Origin: Basidiobolus meristosporus CBS 931.73
Taxonomy: Eukaryota > Fungi > Basidiobolomycota
Length of the DNA stretch: 64,000 bases
Reading direction: 5' to 3'
Assembly (NCBI GenBank): GCA_002104905.1
Contig: MCFE01000163.1
Coordinates: forward strand, 62,001-126,000
The position numbers and the translations under genes are program-made. Positions 1 to 12,699 of this stretch are shown here, piece by piece. Each line of letters opens with the position of its first letter. Position 1 is the stretch's first letter. The notes beneath the pieces were generated by a model. That model was not told the origin of the DNA. It worked only from the letters and a program-made list of their open reading frames with translations, and ran no database searches.

Positions 1-560
1 TTCTGGATATGAGTAGCATGGGTTTCTGGTTGATTGATGAATTACAACAAAATAGACGGGTTTTTCCAAGTACAAGGTCAAGCTTGCAGTTCCCAAAAAT
101 ATAGGCCTGTAGGTCTTCTTCATAGTCAATGATCTTCATTCCTACTGGCTGCACATTACAGTTGATTATGTAAGAGTTCCCATCAGCTGAATTGACTGAA
201 GTGGATTTAGTGGGTTCTGAGTTGGCTCCAGCGTTCAAAGCAAATTGCTATGAAATGTACTCATGCAATGCTCCTGAGCCAGTTTTGATCTTGAGTGGTA
301 CTCCATTGATTACTCCATTTAAGTATAATAGCTTTCCTGAGTTTGAGGTCATCTGGGATAAGTGTTCTTCTGTCATATGGAAGGTGAGCTCAGAGTCTTC
401 TTCAAGTTCATCCCCTATGTTACTAAGCTCAAAGGCTTCAATATGGCTGAAGGTTCTTGATGACTTGTGTACATTTCTTCTCTGAGTGTAGTACTTTGCA
501 ATATGTCCCTGCTGGTGGCCATTAAACCACATCTTTCTTATAACATTCCTCTGAAGTAGG
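1..560 (-). mobile_element. Ty3/gypsy gag-protease fragment (degenerate), continues beyond the window start
   Basis: ORF 248..577(-) has a decayed zinc knuckle (NGHQQGHIAKY) and a decayed aspartic protease motif (INGVPLKIKTGSGA). It is the reverse-complement homologue of the gypsy copy at about 15100-15540. Confidence 0.85.
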
Positions 561-1296
561 ATTCTTCTGCATAGCATCTATTTCCATTGGCACAGATCCA
601 GAGACTAGACATTAAGCAAACATTTGCTCTGGATGCCAAGCTTAACCCAATTAGGACAGTTCTAGCCCTCGCAGCTGTACACAGTATAGATCCACTCCAA
701 ATGGATGTCAAAACACCACTTTTATATGGTGACATGCACAAATTATATATATGGAGCAATCAGAAGACTTTACCAGCCCAATAGGCCTCACAATGTGTGC
801 AGAATTAAGAGATTGCTATATGGACACAAACAGGCACCTAGAGCATGGTATAAAAAGATTGACACATGTCAATAGGAGATTTGGCTCAATTGTAGCATTG
901 CAGTATGCAAAATATATACAACAGCTCAAACAGGTGTCATCATACTTCTTTATGTGGTCAGCCACATAATAGCAACAAGTAACCAGGAGGTACTTGAACA
1001 GACAAAGCCAGATTTGCTTGGCAAGTTTAAGATGAAAGTTTGGAGAAAATAAAACTATTTTCTTGGAATTGAAAAGAAAGTTGTCATACCTGCACAGAGA
1101 ATTGTGCTAAATCTAAGTACATTGAGGACACTTGTAGATGCTACATAATTGAACAATGCTAGCCTTCAGCTACCACTATGGACAATATGCTCAAATTCAG
1201 CAAATCACAGCCAGTTTTAGGAGAAAATGGCCCAAAGTTGTACTAAAACTTTCCCTATCAATCCATGGTAAGTAGCTTAATGTACTTGATGGTGTC

Positions 1297-1476
1297 TTCT
1301 TGTCCAGTTGAACAAACTTACAGATATCTACCAGGTACTACTAATATGATACTGGAATACTCTGGAGCTGCTAATAGGCAGAAATATTCTTGTCCAGATG
1401 AACAAACTTACAGATATCTACCAGGTACCATTAATATGATACTGGAATACTCTGGAGCTGCTAATAGGCAAAAATG
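1297..1476 (+). repeat. 90-bp tandem duplication (2 units) inside the decayed copia RT
   Basis: tgtccagttgaacaaactta... at 1301 recurs as tgtccagatgaacaaactta... at 1391. The in-frame 30-aa repeat is visible in ORF 1265..1495. Confidence 0.9.
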
Positions 1477-1489
1477 TGATAGATATAGT

Positions 1490-3404
1490 GGATGAAAATT
1501 TGGATTATTTGGTATCATTCAGTAGCTCAAAGCTTACTCAGCAATTTTGGACTACTTTTGATCATTGTAGGACTAACTCGCATCCCTAACTAACATATTC
1601 CCTGTAAAGGAGAGGTCTGATGGGAAAACTACAGACTTTGAAAATCAAGATGCAAATCCAACTTGAGGGAAGAAAGCTTTGGAATAAAGAAACAGGAAAA
1701 GAAGCTGTGCGCAAAGAAACAGCAGGAGTGGATGAGTTTTGAGGGAAGGAGAGAGAGGCCTTTAAAGATATATGTATTGATGTGTAAGGTTCTTTCATTG
1801 GACAAATCCATGCTTCGAATACTGCCAAAGCAGCATGGGAGTTCTTGGAAAAGATCTTTAAAGTAAAGTCAGTATCAAGCAAGCATTATTTCATACAAAA
1901 GCTCATCAGCATGAGGAAAAAGTCAGATGATGACATGCTCCAACATATTACCAGTATAGGACACTTGCAGAAGAACTTTGCAGTATTAATGCTAGTGTAG
2001 ATCATGAAGAAAAGATACTCTGTCTTCTTTGCAGCCTACCAGATGGGTATGAGCCACTGGTACTTTTGTCTGAAATCAGAGAAGACAATCTGACTATAGA
2101 CTATGTCAGAGGTAGACTTCTCCACAAGGAACTCAAATGTAATGATCAAGCACAGAGGTGTGAAGACAATGCTTTATTCAGCTCAGAAATGTGTACAGAA
2201 AAGAAGGGAAAGCAGCAAAACCAAAGATAACCTGGTTGCTGTAGCTACTGTGAGAAGCCAAGACACAGGGCAAGCAAATGCAAGAAGAAACAAGCCAACA
2301 AAACCATATAACTACTGATGAACAGTTAGTTGTAAATGTTCAAGAGAGTTCAAATAACCAAAGTACTGAAATCTATGTTTACTCTTGAGCATTAGAGCAT
2401 ATATGCAGTATAAATGAATGATGCAGCAACTTAAAGACTGTTCCCATAAGAAAGGCTTATCTGGGAGACAACTCTGCACTAGAAGCTGCCACCAGTGGGT
2501 CTATAAAACCAAAAATGAGTGATATATTAAGGGCTACGGTAACAAAACTAACTGGCATACTCTATATACCTGGAATAGCTAAGAGCCTATTCTCAGTCAG
2601 GAAAGTAACTGATCAGGGGCTAAAGTTTGCTTTATTTAGCTAATTTACTCAATATTCTGTGAAAATGTACCAAAATAAACTTTGGGAATCAAAGATCACA
2701 ATAAATATGAGCTAGAATGCAAAATCATTGGAGCTGAGTATGTCAAAACTACTAAAAGTGATGAAACTAGCTGGATGTTGTGGTGTAGGTGGCTGAGACA
2801 CATTGGGGAGCGGAAAATAAGCCATCTGGTGAAGATTCAGCTTGTTTTGGGGCTAGATTACTCAATTCCAATTGAATTGAGTGTCTGAAAGGGATGCTTA
2901 TATGGTAAACAAACTAGGCAACATCTAAAGGAGCTCAGAGGGTATCAACATCACTATAGGGTTGGCTGATGTACACTTGGACATATGTGGCCCAATGAGA
3001 GCACTGTCTTTCAGAGCCAAGCAATATTTTATGGCTTTCATTGATGGCAAGGCAAGATATACATGGGTGTATTACCTCAAGACAAAGGATGAGGCTTTAG
3101 AGGCATTTAAGCACTTCAAGAGCATGAATAAACACAAACCAGATGTAAATTGAAGATGCTGCTCAACATAGGTTGCAAAATTCTGCTCATTTATGGGTAT
3201 ACTTCAATGGACCATTATTCCACATACTCCACAGCAAAACGGAGTAGCAGAATGTGCAAATATAACAATAGTAGCAATGGCAAGATCATGTTACCTCTAC
3301 AAAGGTCTACATACTGAGATTCTTTACAAATAAACAGCATTTCAACTGTTATCAATATTTCCTGATGGTTTCCTTTTATCCAACTCACCTCTTAAATTGC
3401 CACA
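1490..3404 (+). mobile_element. Internally deleted copia family-A element (partial 5' LTR, gag-protease-integrase remnant, partial 3' LTR) nested in a same-family element
   Basis: 1490-1590 matches the LTR start and about 3290-3404 matches the LTR end (...cttaaattgccaca). ATAGT flanks both sides (1485-1489 and 3405-3409). The gag/INT remnants match 8240-10010. Confidence 0.75.
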
Positions 3405-4238
3405 ATAGTGAGCTAGAATGGGGTAGGGATCTTATTGACAAATGCTCTACTGCTGGGTATGTATTACTTTATGCTGGTGCAGCTGTTATTTGGAATTGCA
3501 AGAAATAATTAACTGTGGCCCAATCTACAACTGAAGCTGAAAATGTTGCCGCTTGTCAAGCAACTAAGGAGGCTATGTGGCTATAGCTACTATCCAAAGA
3601 CTAAGGTTTTGATTCAGATGAACCAACATGCACTGACAAGAATATTCAAAGTTGTATTTCATTTGCTAGGAATCCCACTAATCATGCCAGAGCTCAGCAT
3701 ATAAATATGCAACACCACTTTGTTAGGGAAGCTGTAGAAAATAATTAAGTAGAGTTAGTTTGCTGCCTATTTGAAAAACTGGTGGCAGATGTATTGACAA
3801 ATCATTGGTTAGGCAACAGCTTGAGACTCCTGGAGAGGAAGTTGGATTAAGGAACTATAGTTGAGGGGAAATGTTGCAATACTGAGCTATTTGATATCAC
3901 TCAGCAGCTAACAATTTACTAAGCAATTCTGGATTAGTTTTGAACACTGAAGGACTAATTTACAGCCCTGACTTTACCACTTTCTTCAGATCTACAATGC
4001 TATTATTATTCCCTTATGGTCACATCAAATTGGCTCCTTTACCAAACATTGTGTGCCATCCTGAAACTGTTAGAGAATGCTGCTGAGTGCTGAGAGGCTC
4101 TCCTTACTTAGTGTTACAGCTGTGCTACTTTGACAGTAGTACAAATATTGAGCTCCTTTATGAGTAAACAGCAGCTCAGCTGTCATCACTATTTCCTGAT
4201 AAGTGCCATTTGTCCAAATCAGTTCCTAAGTTGCAACA

Positions 4239-6981
4239 GGATGTGCATTGACTGCAGAGCTCTCAGCTCAGTTACTGTAAAGAGTAGGAACCCCATACCT
4301 TGATTGATGAGTTTTTGGTCCAACTCATTGTAGCTACCATTTTCAGCCAGAGTGATCTCATGATAGGATACAACCAGATCAGGGTGAAACTAGAAGACAT
4401 TCCTAGGACAGCATGCAGGATTGGTAAGGAGCATTAAGAGTACTTAGTTGTGAGTTTTGGGCTTATTGATGACCTTAACGTAAACAGTCTTCCAGGAATA
4501 CTCAGAGATGTTTCTGGTAATTACCTAGATGTAATATTGATTTAGAGCAAGACAGAAGAGGACCACTTGGTGCACATGGAAAATGTCTTGAAGAAGCTAG
4601 GTGTGAACAAGCTATACCGCAAGCTAGCAAGGTTCTAATTCTTGAAGGTACATGCTGAATACCTGGGACACAAAGCAACTAGCACAGGAGTGACCTTAGA
4701 CTCCAAGAAGGTTAAAGTCATCAAAATCTGAGGCAGCCCAATATCATATTGTAATCAGATCATTCCTTGCAATGGTTTCCTATTATTGGAGATTTGTCAA
4801 GTCCTTTGCAACAATTGCAGCCCGTTTAGTTGATATTCTCCAGAAAGACAGTATCATGAAATGGGACATAGGCTGTGAGACTGCCTTTCAGAAGCTCAGG
4901 AATGAACTTGCTAAGCTTCCAAGCTTAAGAATCCCAGACTTCAGTACAGAGTTTACTCTGTGTACAGATACCTTAGACTATGCAATTGATAAATCACTGA
5001 GCTAAGAACATGAGGGAAAGGACTACCCACATGCTTTTGAGTTTAATCAACTGAACTCAGCTGAGCTAAGCTATCCAGTTCATGAGAAGGAAATGCTTGC
5101 TTTGACACACTGCTTGAAGACTTGGAGAAACTACATTAAAGGAGGAAAGTGTGCTGAGAAGACTGAATACCCCTCACTTCAGAATATACTTATGCAGAAG
5201 GTAATCTCCAGAAGAACGACAAGATGGAATAAATACACCTGGCAATTTGACTTGGAGATTATCTACTGTTCTGGGAAAAGCAACACAGTTGCAGATGCCT
5301 TATTAAGACTAGATCAATTTGCACAACTCAACTTTGTGCATGAATCAGATTAGCATAGCTATTGCCAAAGTACTTGGAGGAGCAATCCATTTGCAATGAA
5401 GTGGATGAGGTTATTAAGAAGATAATCCAGGATGAAGCCAGCAAGTTAGAAGTACGAGATAAAACACTCTTACAAACTATTGATGGAAGCACAGTTGTTT
5501 ATTGCCCTGATGTTGCTCACCTGCGTTTATTACATGAGCTACATAATGGATATGGACATCTTGAAATTGTAGGAACCTACAGCCTTATGAAAGCCAGAGC
5601 ATGGTGGCCAAGAATGAAACACAATGTTGAGAAGCTAGAGAAAGCATTCTCAAACGGCTAAATAAAACAAGGCCAACCACAGAGAGTTGCTGTACTCTTT
5701 TCCTTGGAGCTTATGAAGCCACTTGAGAGATGGGGAATTGACTTTACTGAAAGACTGCCAACCACCAAGAAAATGCAATCATTGAATCCTAGTAGCAACT
5801 GACCATGCCACCAAAAGGCCAGTGGCTTAAGTTGTACCTGTAGACAGTGAGTAAGAAATTGCAAATTTTATCTTCCAAGAGATTCTTATGCGGTCTAGAT
5901 GCCCTGCAGAGATTTTATCCAATAGAGGAGCAAGTTTTAAGGCAAAGATATTGAATATTTACCTGGAAATGCAGCAGATCAAACACTTGAAACCTTGGCA
6001 TATCACCCCATAACTAATGTAGTCACTGAGCAGTTTAATGGATTTGTTGGAAAAATGCTGACTAAGCATGCAAATGGAGCTGTCTGTAGATAGGATGAGT
6101 ATATTGACCAAGTACTTTTGGCATGCAGAGTTAGAGCATACAAAACCACCCAACAATGCCATTTTACTTTGTGCATGGACGTGAACCAAGGATTCAAGGA
6201 GATCTTGCACAACCAAAGCTACAGACACCTTAGAAGATGAACTTAATCAGCCAAGTTGACACCAGCAGTTGGAACAAAGATGTTAAGAGGCACAGGCCAA
6301 AGTGTCTTACAGTGCCAAAAAGATGATGCAAGGATTTGATAAGACTTTATTTCCAGAGGTGTTGATAGTTGAGAACTTTGTTTTGCTGAGAATCAACATA
6401 GATGAGGTTAGAGCCACAATGGACAGGACCTTTCAAGATTATCAGATAATATCCACTTGCTACCTACTAACTAGTGTGCATACATGATAATATCTAAGAA
6501 GATTTAGTTCATAGAGTCAGACTCAAGACTTGCTGCCAATCTTGTACCATTGAGACACTGGTATCACAAGAAATAAAATTCAGGAGAACTCTCTCAACTT
6601 TAGTAGGGGAGTGTGCTATGATCTACAGCCTGAATGCTTAACTTTGATCAGATTTTGTCAAATTAATTAGTTATATGCTTAGCCTATCTGTGTATCAGTG
6701 TTATATACCGGATCAGTTGTCTTAGTCAGGAGATGAGTCATCAGATCCTGATCATACAGAAACAGATATATTCTAGTATATTATAATTTGGTATTCATAA
6801 TGCAATCAAATTAGTCATCAGCCATAACCTGCATTTGGAAGTACAGTTGGTCAGCAACTGATCTGGCAAATATATTTAGGGAGCTGCGGAAACCTCAGTC
6901 AGAATCAGGTTAAGTTTTAGTAAGTGCAATGTTAGATAAACTCTCTATTCCTCTACAACTCTGGTATCAAGACTTGTAACA
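4239..6981 (+). mobile_element. Ty3/gypsy element 3' half (RT, RNase H, integrase remnants, PPT, 3' LTR 6614-6981), heavily mutated
   Basis: Remnant peptides [22 protein letters not shown]...TWRNY and ARAWWPRMK. Colinear with 16070-18589. PPT agtagggga at about 6602-6610; LTR tgctatgatc...cttgtaaca. Confidence 0.88.
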
Positions 6982-7819
6982 CCTCAACTTAAGGACCCAT
7001 GGTGATTTTAAGTCAGTTTCTGGCTCAAATTCTTAATGTACTGCATGATATACTAATAGATTAAAGGGACTTCTGCGAGTAATACATAGAGGACAAATTA
7101 AGGCACCGTTTCAAAGGCATTAGACACAGGGTAAGCTATTTTCTTGATGAATTAGAAGGTGAGCCTTGAGGGGAAGATTACAGACCACAGGCAACCACAT
7201 CTGGATCACCCCACTTGCTTTACTCATTTCCTTACCATCCCTTACAATGCTAATATACCAGCACACATCAGTTCAGTATACACCAGCACCCTTTGCAGGA
7301 GCACCATACACCAAGCTTACACATGTTGAGTCCATGTCTGAGGCTCAGAGTAAAAATACCAGAGCTTACTAAGTGCCTTCACACCTGGTAGTCAGCATAT
7401 TACTTCTGGTGAACTAATCACTAATGACTCACTGGAAGAGCCTTCACTACAGGAGCCATTGGCAAGTAAAAGAATGTGTCAGCATGTGGCACTTCAGGCC
7501 AGTTCTGCAATATCAACTGGGGCAATTCAGGGCTTCCAAGCAACTGTACTACAATTATCAACCATGAGGCAAAAAAACTGACTTCTGTACAAAGGTAGTC
7601 AAGATGATAGTCAACTATAAAGTAATGTAGGTGTGCAATGTGAATCACTGCCAATTGCTTCAGTAGTAGTCCCTGTCAGAGTATACCTAGGAGAAGTTGA
7701 TGAGAATGAGTTGAACTGCAATCATTTGTAATGATCTAAACAACACACTTTTTTGTAATTCAAATGAAGCCATCACTGACTAGGGGTCAGTATATTTCTG
7801 GCATAAATAATATCAAGGA

Positions 7820-8188
7820 TGTTGAAATATTGGACTATTTGGTATCATTCAGCAGCTAAAAATTTACTTAACAATTCCAGGCTAGTCTTAGTCACTGTAG
7901 GACTCATTTACTGCCTTAACTTTGCCACTTTCTCCAGATATATGATCTTGTGATTATTCCCCTATAGTCAGGATCAAATTAGCACTATTACCAAACATTA
8001 TGTACTAACCCTGAAACTGTTACAGAATTCTCCTGAATATTGAGAAACCCTCCCTACTTAGTGTTGCAGCTGTATTACTTCTACAAAGGTATAAATACTG
8101 AGCCTCTTTATGAATAAACAACAGTTCAACTATTATCACTATTTCTTGATAAGTTCCTTATATCCAAATCACTTCTTAAATTGCAACA
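7820..8188 (+). repeat. 5' LTR of the copia-A element
   Basis: tgttgaaatattgg...aaattgcaaca; contains TATAAA and AATAAA; direct repeat of 12133-12501. Confidence 0.97.
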
Positions 8189-8200
8189 GGTTATGAGCCC
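8189..8200 (+). other. Primer-binding site complementary to the anticodon arm of initiator tRNA-Met (half-tRNA priming)
   Basis: GGTTATGAGCCC abuts the LTR end and is the reverse complement of GGGCUCAUAACC in the tRNAiMet anticodon stem-loop. The same PBS occurs at 19982 and 28131. Confidence 0.85.
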
Positions 8201-8224
8201 CGATTGCCTTAATCTATTCTAAAG

Positions 8225-11200
8225 ATGACTTCTACCAGCAAACAAAGCAATACCAACATCTTCCCTGTAAAGGAGAGGTTTGATGGGAAGAACTACAGAC
8301 TTTGGAGAATCAAGATGCAGATCCACCTTGAGGAAAGAAAGCTTTGGAACATAGTAACAGGAAAGGAAGTTGAGCCCAAAGGAACAGCAGAAGATGTGGA
8401 GAAGTTTCAAGAGAAGGAGAGAAAGGCCTTCAATGCAATATGCATCAATGTGCAAGACTCCTTCATTGGACAAATCCATGCCTCAAATACTGCCAAAGCA
8501 GCATGGGATCCTTAGAGAAGATCTTTAGAGCAAAGTCAGTATCAAGCAAGCTTTATTTGAAACGAAAGTTCTTCAACATGAGAAAAAAGCCAGATGATGA
8601 CATGCTACAACTCATTACCAGAATGGAGACACTTGCAGAAGAACTTTACAGTATTAATGCTGGTGTAGATGATGAAGAAAAGATACTCTGTCTGCTTTGC
8701 AGCCTACCAGACAAGTATGAGCCACTCATACTTTCTTTTGAAAGCAGAGAAGACAACTTGACTTTAGACTATGTCAAAGGAAGACTTCTCCATGAAGAAC
8801 TCAGACGTAATGATCAAGCAGAGAAAATTGAAGATAATGCTTTATTCAGCTCAGAAAGGCATACAGAAAAGAAGGGAAAGCAACAAAACCGAAGAAAACC
8901 TGGCTGCTGTAACTACTGTAAGAAGCCAGGACACTGGGCAAGAGAATGCAAGAAGAAACAAGCAGACGAAAAACAGAAACTAGAGCAGGCAAACCATATA
9001 ACTACTGATGAACAGCTATTTGTCACTGTACAAGAGAGTGCAAGTAACCAAAGTAATGAATGGTATATTGACTCTGGAGCATCACAGCATATTTGTGGTA
9101 TAAAGGATTGGTTCAGCAACTTAAAAACTATTCCCGTAAGAAAGGTTTATCTGGGAGATAACTCTGCATTGGAAGCTACCGCCAGTGGGTCTATACAACT
9201 AAATATGAGTGATAACTCAGGGGCAACAACAGCAAAACTGACTGACGTACTCTATGTACCTGGAATAGCTAAGAACCTACTCTCAGTCAGTAAAGCAACT
9301 ACTCAGGGACTGAAATTTGTTTTTACTAAGCTGAGCTGCTCAATATTGAGTGAAAATGGACAAAAATTAGCTTCGGGAATCAGAGATCACAATATATACA
9401 AGTTACAATGCAAGATCATTGTACCTGAGTATGTCAACATTGCTGAAACTGATGAAACCAACTGGGAGACGTGGCATAGGAGGCTAGGACACATAGGGGA
9501 ACAGAAAATGAGCCAATTGGTGAAAAATCAGCTTGTTTTGGGCCTAAAATACTCAATTCCGATCAAATTGAATGTTTGTAAGGGATGTTCATATGGCAAA
9601 CAAGCTAGGCAACGTTTCAAGAGCTCAGAAGGCATCAATACCACCGAAATTTTGGCTATTGTATACTCAGACATATGTGGCCCCATGAGAACACTGTCCT
9701 TTGGAGCCAAGAGATACTTTATGACGTTTATTGATGACAAGACAAGATATACATGGGTGTACTTCCTCAAAACAAAGGATGAAGCTTTAGAGACGTTTAA
9801 GCACTTCAAGAACATGGCAGAAACACAAACTGGGTGTAAATTGAAGGTACTACGAAGTGACAATGGAAGAGAATACTGCTCAAAGGAGTTTGCAAAATAC
9901 TGCTTGTCTACTGGTATACTTCAACAGACCACAGTTCCTCATACTCCACAGCAAAATGGAGTAGCAGAACGTGCAAACAGAACAATAGTAGAGATGGGAA
10001 GATCTATGCTACATGATAAGGGAATGGACTACAAGTTTTGGGCTGAATCTGTTGCTACCGCTGTATACATCAAGAACAGATGCCCAACAACAGCACTACG
10101 TGATTCTACACCCTTTGAAGCATATACAGGCAAAAAACCAGATCTCCAGCACCTCAGGATCTTTGGCAGTGATGTTTTTATCACATCCCTGACAAAAACG
10201 CTCAAAGTTGGAACCAAAGAGTAGAAAAGGGATCTTTCTTGGGTATTGTGAAGATACTAAAGGGTATAGAGTGTATGATGGCAAAATTCAGAAGCTGATC
10301 AAGAGCAGGGACGTTGTATTTGAGGAAATTCAGATCAGAAAGCCACAGAAATCATTGGCCAGCTGCCTGATGATGCAATCAACACAAATGAAGAAGATAC
10401 GTACCAAATCCAGCCAGAGATGGAAGATACTTCTACCAGTTCCAGATCAGAACAGATTATCCCAGTTAGGAGATCTACCAGAATAAGAAATGCCCCTGGA
10501 TCCTGGTGGCAGACATCCAATGATCATGAAGAAGCTTATCTTGCCTTATGTGCCGAACCTCAGAATCTGGAACAGGCAATGCAAGGTCCAGATGCTACTA
10601 AGTGGCAACAAGCCATGCAGGAGGAGTACCAATCACTGATCAAGGCAAAAACGTGGGAACTGGTAGATTTACCAAATGGGAGAAAGCCAATAGGATGTAG
10701 ATGGGTCTACAAGATCAAGATAACCTCAAATGGTGCCGTTGATAAGTACAAGGCTAGATTGGTAGCTAAAGGCTATTCCCAGATCCAGGGACTAGACTTT
10801 AAGGAAACATTTGCTCCGGTTGCCAAGTTTAACTCTATTAGGACAGTTCTAGCCCTGGCAGCTGTACACAGTCTAGATCTACACCAAATGGACGTCAAAA
10901 CAGCCTTTCTAAATGGGAATTTGCAAGAAACTATATATATGGAGCAACCAGAAGGTTTTACCAATCCAAAAAGCCCCCATAAGGTGTGCAAACTTAGAAA
11001 ATTGTTGTATGGGCTTAAGCAGGCACCCAGAGCATGGTATAACAAGATTGACACATATCTAGAGGAAATTGGGTTCTCTCGTAGCACTGCAGATCACAGT
11101 ATATATGTGAAACAGCTCAAAAAGGGTGTGATCATCCTAGTTCTTTATGTGGACGACCTAATTATAGCTACAAGTGATCAAGAGGCACTTAAACAGACGA

Positions 11201-12138
11201 AATCAGATCTCTTCAGCAAGTTTGAGATGAAAGATCTTGGAAAATTGAGCTATTTTCTTGGAATTGAGGTCATATTTGACATACCTACGCAGAAAATTGT
11301 GCTGAATCAGTCTAAGTACATCAGGGACATTCTTAGACGCTTCAAAATGGAAAATTGCAAACCTGCAGCAACCCCTATGGACAATAACCTAAAATTAAGC
11401 AAATCTCAGCCAGTTATAGATGAAAACGGCTCAAATATGGACCAAAACTTTCCCTATCAATCAATGGTTGGTAGCCTATTGTACTTGATGGTGTCTACAC
11501 GTCCAGATATTGCAGTAGCAGTTGGAATAGTCAGTCAATTCATGCAGAATTATGGATCAGATCAAATTGCAGCAGTTAAGCGGATTTTCAGATATCTACA
11601 AGGTACCATAAATATGGTACTGGAATACTCTGGAGCAGCAAATAGGCAAAAATTTGATGGTTATAGTGATTCAGATTGGGGTAGGGATTTGATTGACAGA
11701 CGCTCTACCACAGGCTATATATTTCTTTATGCTGGTGCAGCTATTACTTGGAATTGCAAGAAACAACCAACTGTGGCACTATCTACAACTGAAGCCAAAT
11801 ATATGGCTGCATGTCAAGCAACTAAGGAGGCTATATGGCTACGAAAATTATTCAAAGACTTAGGTTTTATTTCAGGTGAACCAACATGTATTTACAAGGA
11901 TAATCAAAGTTGTATTTCATTAGCTAGAAATCCTACTAATCATGCCAGAACTAAGCACATTGATATACAGCATCACTTTGTGAGGGAAGCTGTAGAAAAT
12001 AACTTAGTGGAGCTGGTTTACTGCCCAACTGACAAAATGGTGGCAGACATATTGACAAAACCACTAGCTAGGCCACAGTTTGAGATCCTTAGAGAGAAAT
12101 TGGGATTAAGAAATTATTTAGTTGAGGGGGAGTGTTGA
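8225..12138 (+). pseudogene. Copia gag-pol polyprotein, broken by single-base deletions near 8510, 10180-10200 and 10328
   Basis: CNYCKKPGHWAREC knuckle; WYIDSGAS protease; WHRRLGH..C..C and D..D..E integrase (SDICGP, SDNGREY, NGVAER); LYVDD RT; YSDSDW/DNQS/ADILTK RNase H. Confidence 0.92.
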
Positions 12139-12501
12139 AATATTGGACTATTTGGTATCATTCAGCAGCTAAAAATTTACTTAACAATTCTAGGCTAGTC
12201 TTAGTCACTGTAGGACTCATTTACTGCCTTAACTTTGCCACTTTCTCCAGATATATGATCTTATGATTATTCCCCTATAGTCAGGATCAAATTAGCACTA
12301 TTACCAAACATTATGTACTAACCCTGAAACTGTTACAGAATGCTCCTGAATATTGAGAAACCCTCCCTACTTAGTGTTGCAGCTGTATTACTTCTACAAA
12401 GGTATAAATACTGAGCTTCTTTATGAATAAACAACAGTTCAACTATTATCACTATCTCTTGATAAGTTCCTTATATCCATATCACTTCTTAAATTGCAAC
12501 A
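12133..12501 (+). repeat. 3' LTR of the copia-A element
   Basis: Direct repeat of 7820-8188, preceded by the polypurine tract at 12124-12132. Confidence 0.97.
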
Positions 12502-12699
12502 AAGGATATCTCAGATTTGAGACAGAACCTCTCTATATAGACACCCTGCATTGATATATGTTATCTATAACATCAATGCAGCTATTTGACCTGTTATTTA
12601 CCTACCTGATTGGTTGCATACTCTCTATTACTACTTGTGCAACCACTGAACTCAGAAATTCACAAACCCAAAAAGCTAAATGGGCTATTCAATGGCAAA

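Larger units (their letters stand above)
570..4238 (+). mobile_element. Old Ty1/copia family-A element, 5'-truncated: RT remnant 570-1489, RNase H remnant 3405-3871, PPT, 3' LTR 3872-4238; interrupted by a nested copy
   Basis: Colinear nucleotide homology with the RT and RNase H of the 7820-12501 element. Purine tract GAGGGGAAA precedes TGTTG at 3872, and the LTR ends TTGCAACA at 4238. Confidence 0.85.
7820..12501 (+). mobile_element. Near-intact full-length Ty1/copia family-A retrotransposon
   Basis: Two 369-bp TG...CA LTRs with 6 mismatches by eye; 5-bp TSD AAGGA (7815-7819 and 12502-12506); PBS GGTTATGAGCCC; PPT GAGGGGGAG; domain order gag-PR-INT-RT-RH. Confidence 0.97.

Noticed and set aside
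7000-7800. Gag-like remnant with a decayed C-x2-C-x4-H pattern near 7480
   Set aside because: Too degraded to assign to a family, so it is left unannotated.
8500-8520. Programmed ribosomal frameshift between gag and pol
   Set aside because: The break is within the N-terminal part of gag, there is no slippery heptamer, and the paralogue at about 1835 is in frame. A 1-nt deletion explains it.
12546-12581. Hairpin CTGCATTGAT...ATCAATGCAG as a Helitron 3' end
   Set aside because: There is no CTRR terminus at the expected spacing and no Rep/helicase remnant nearby.
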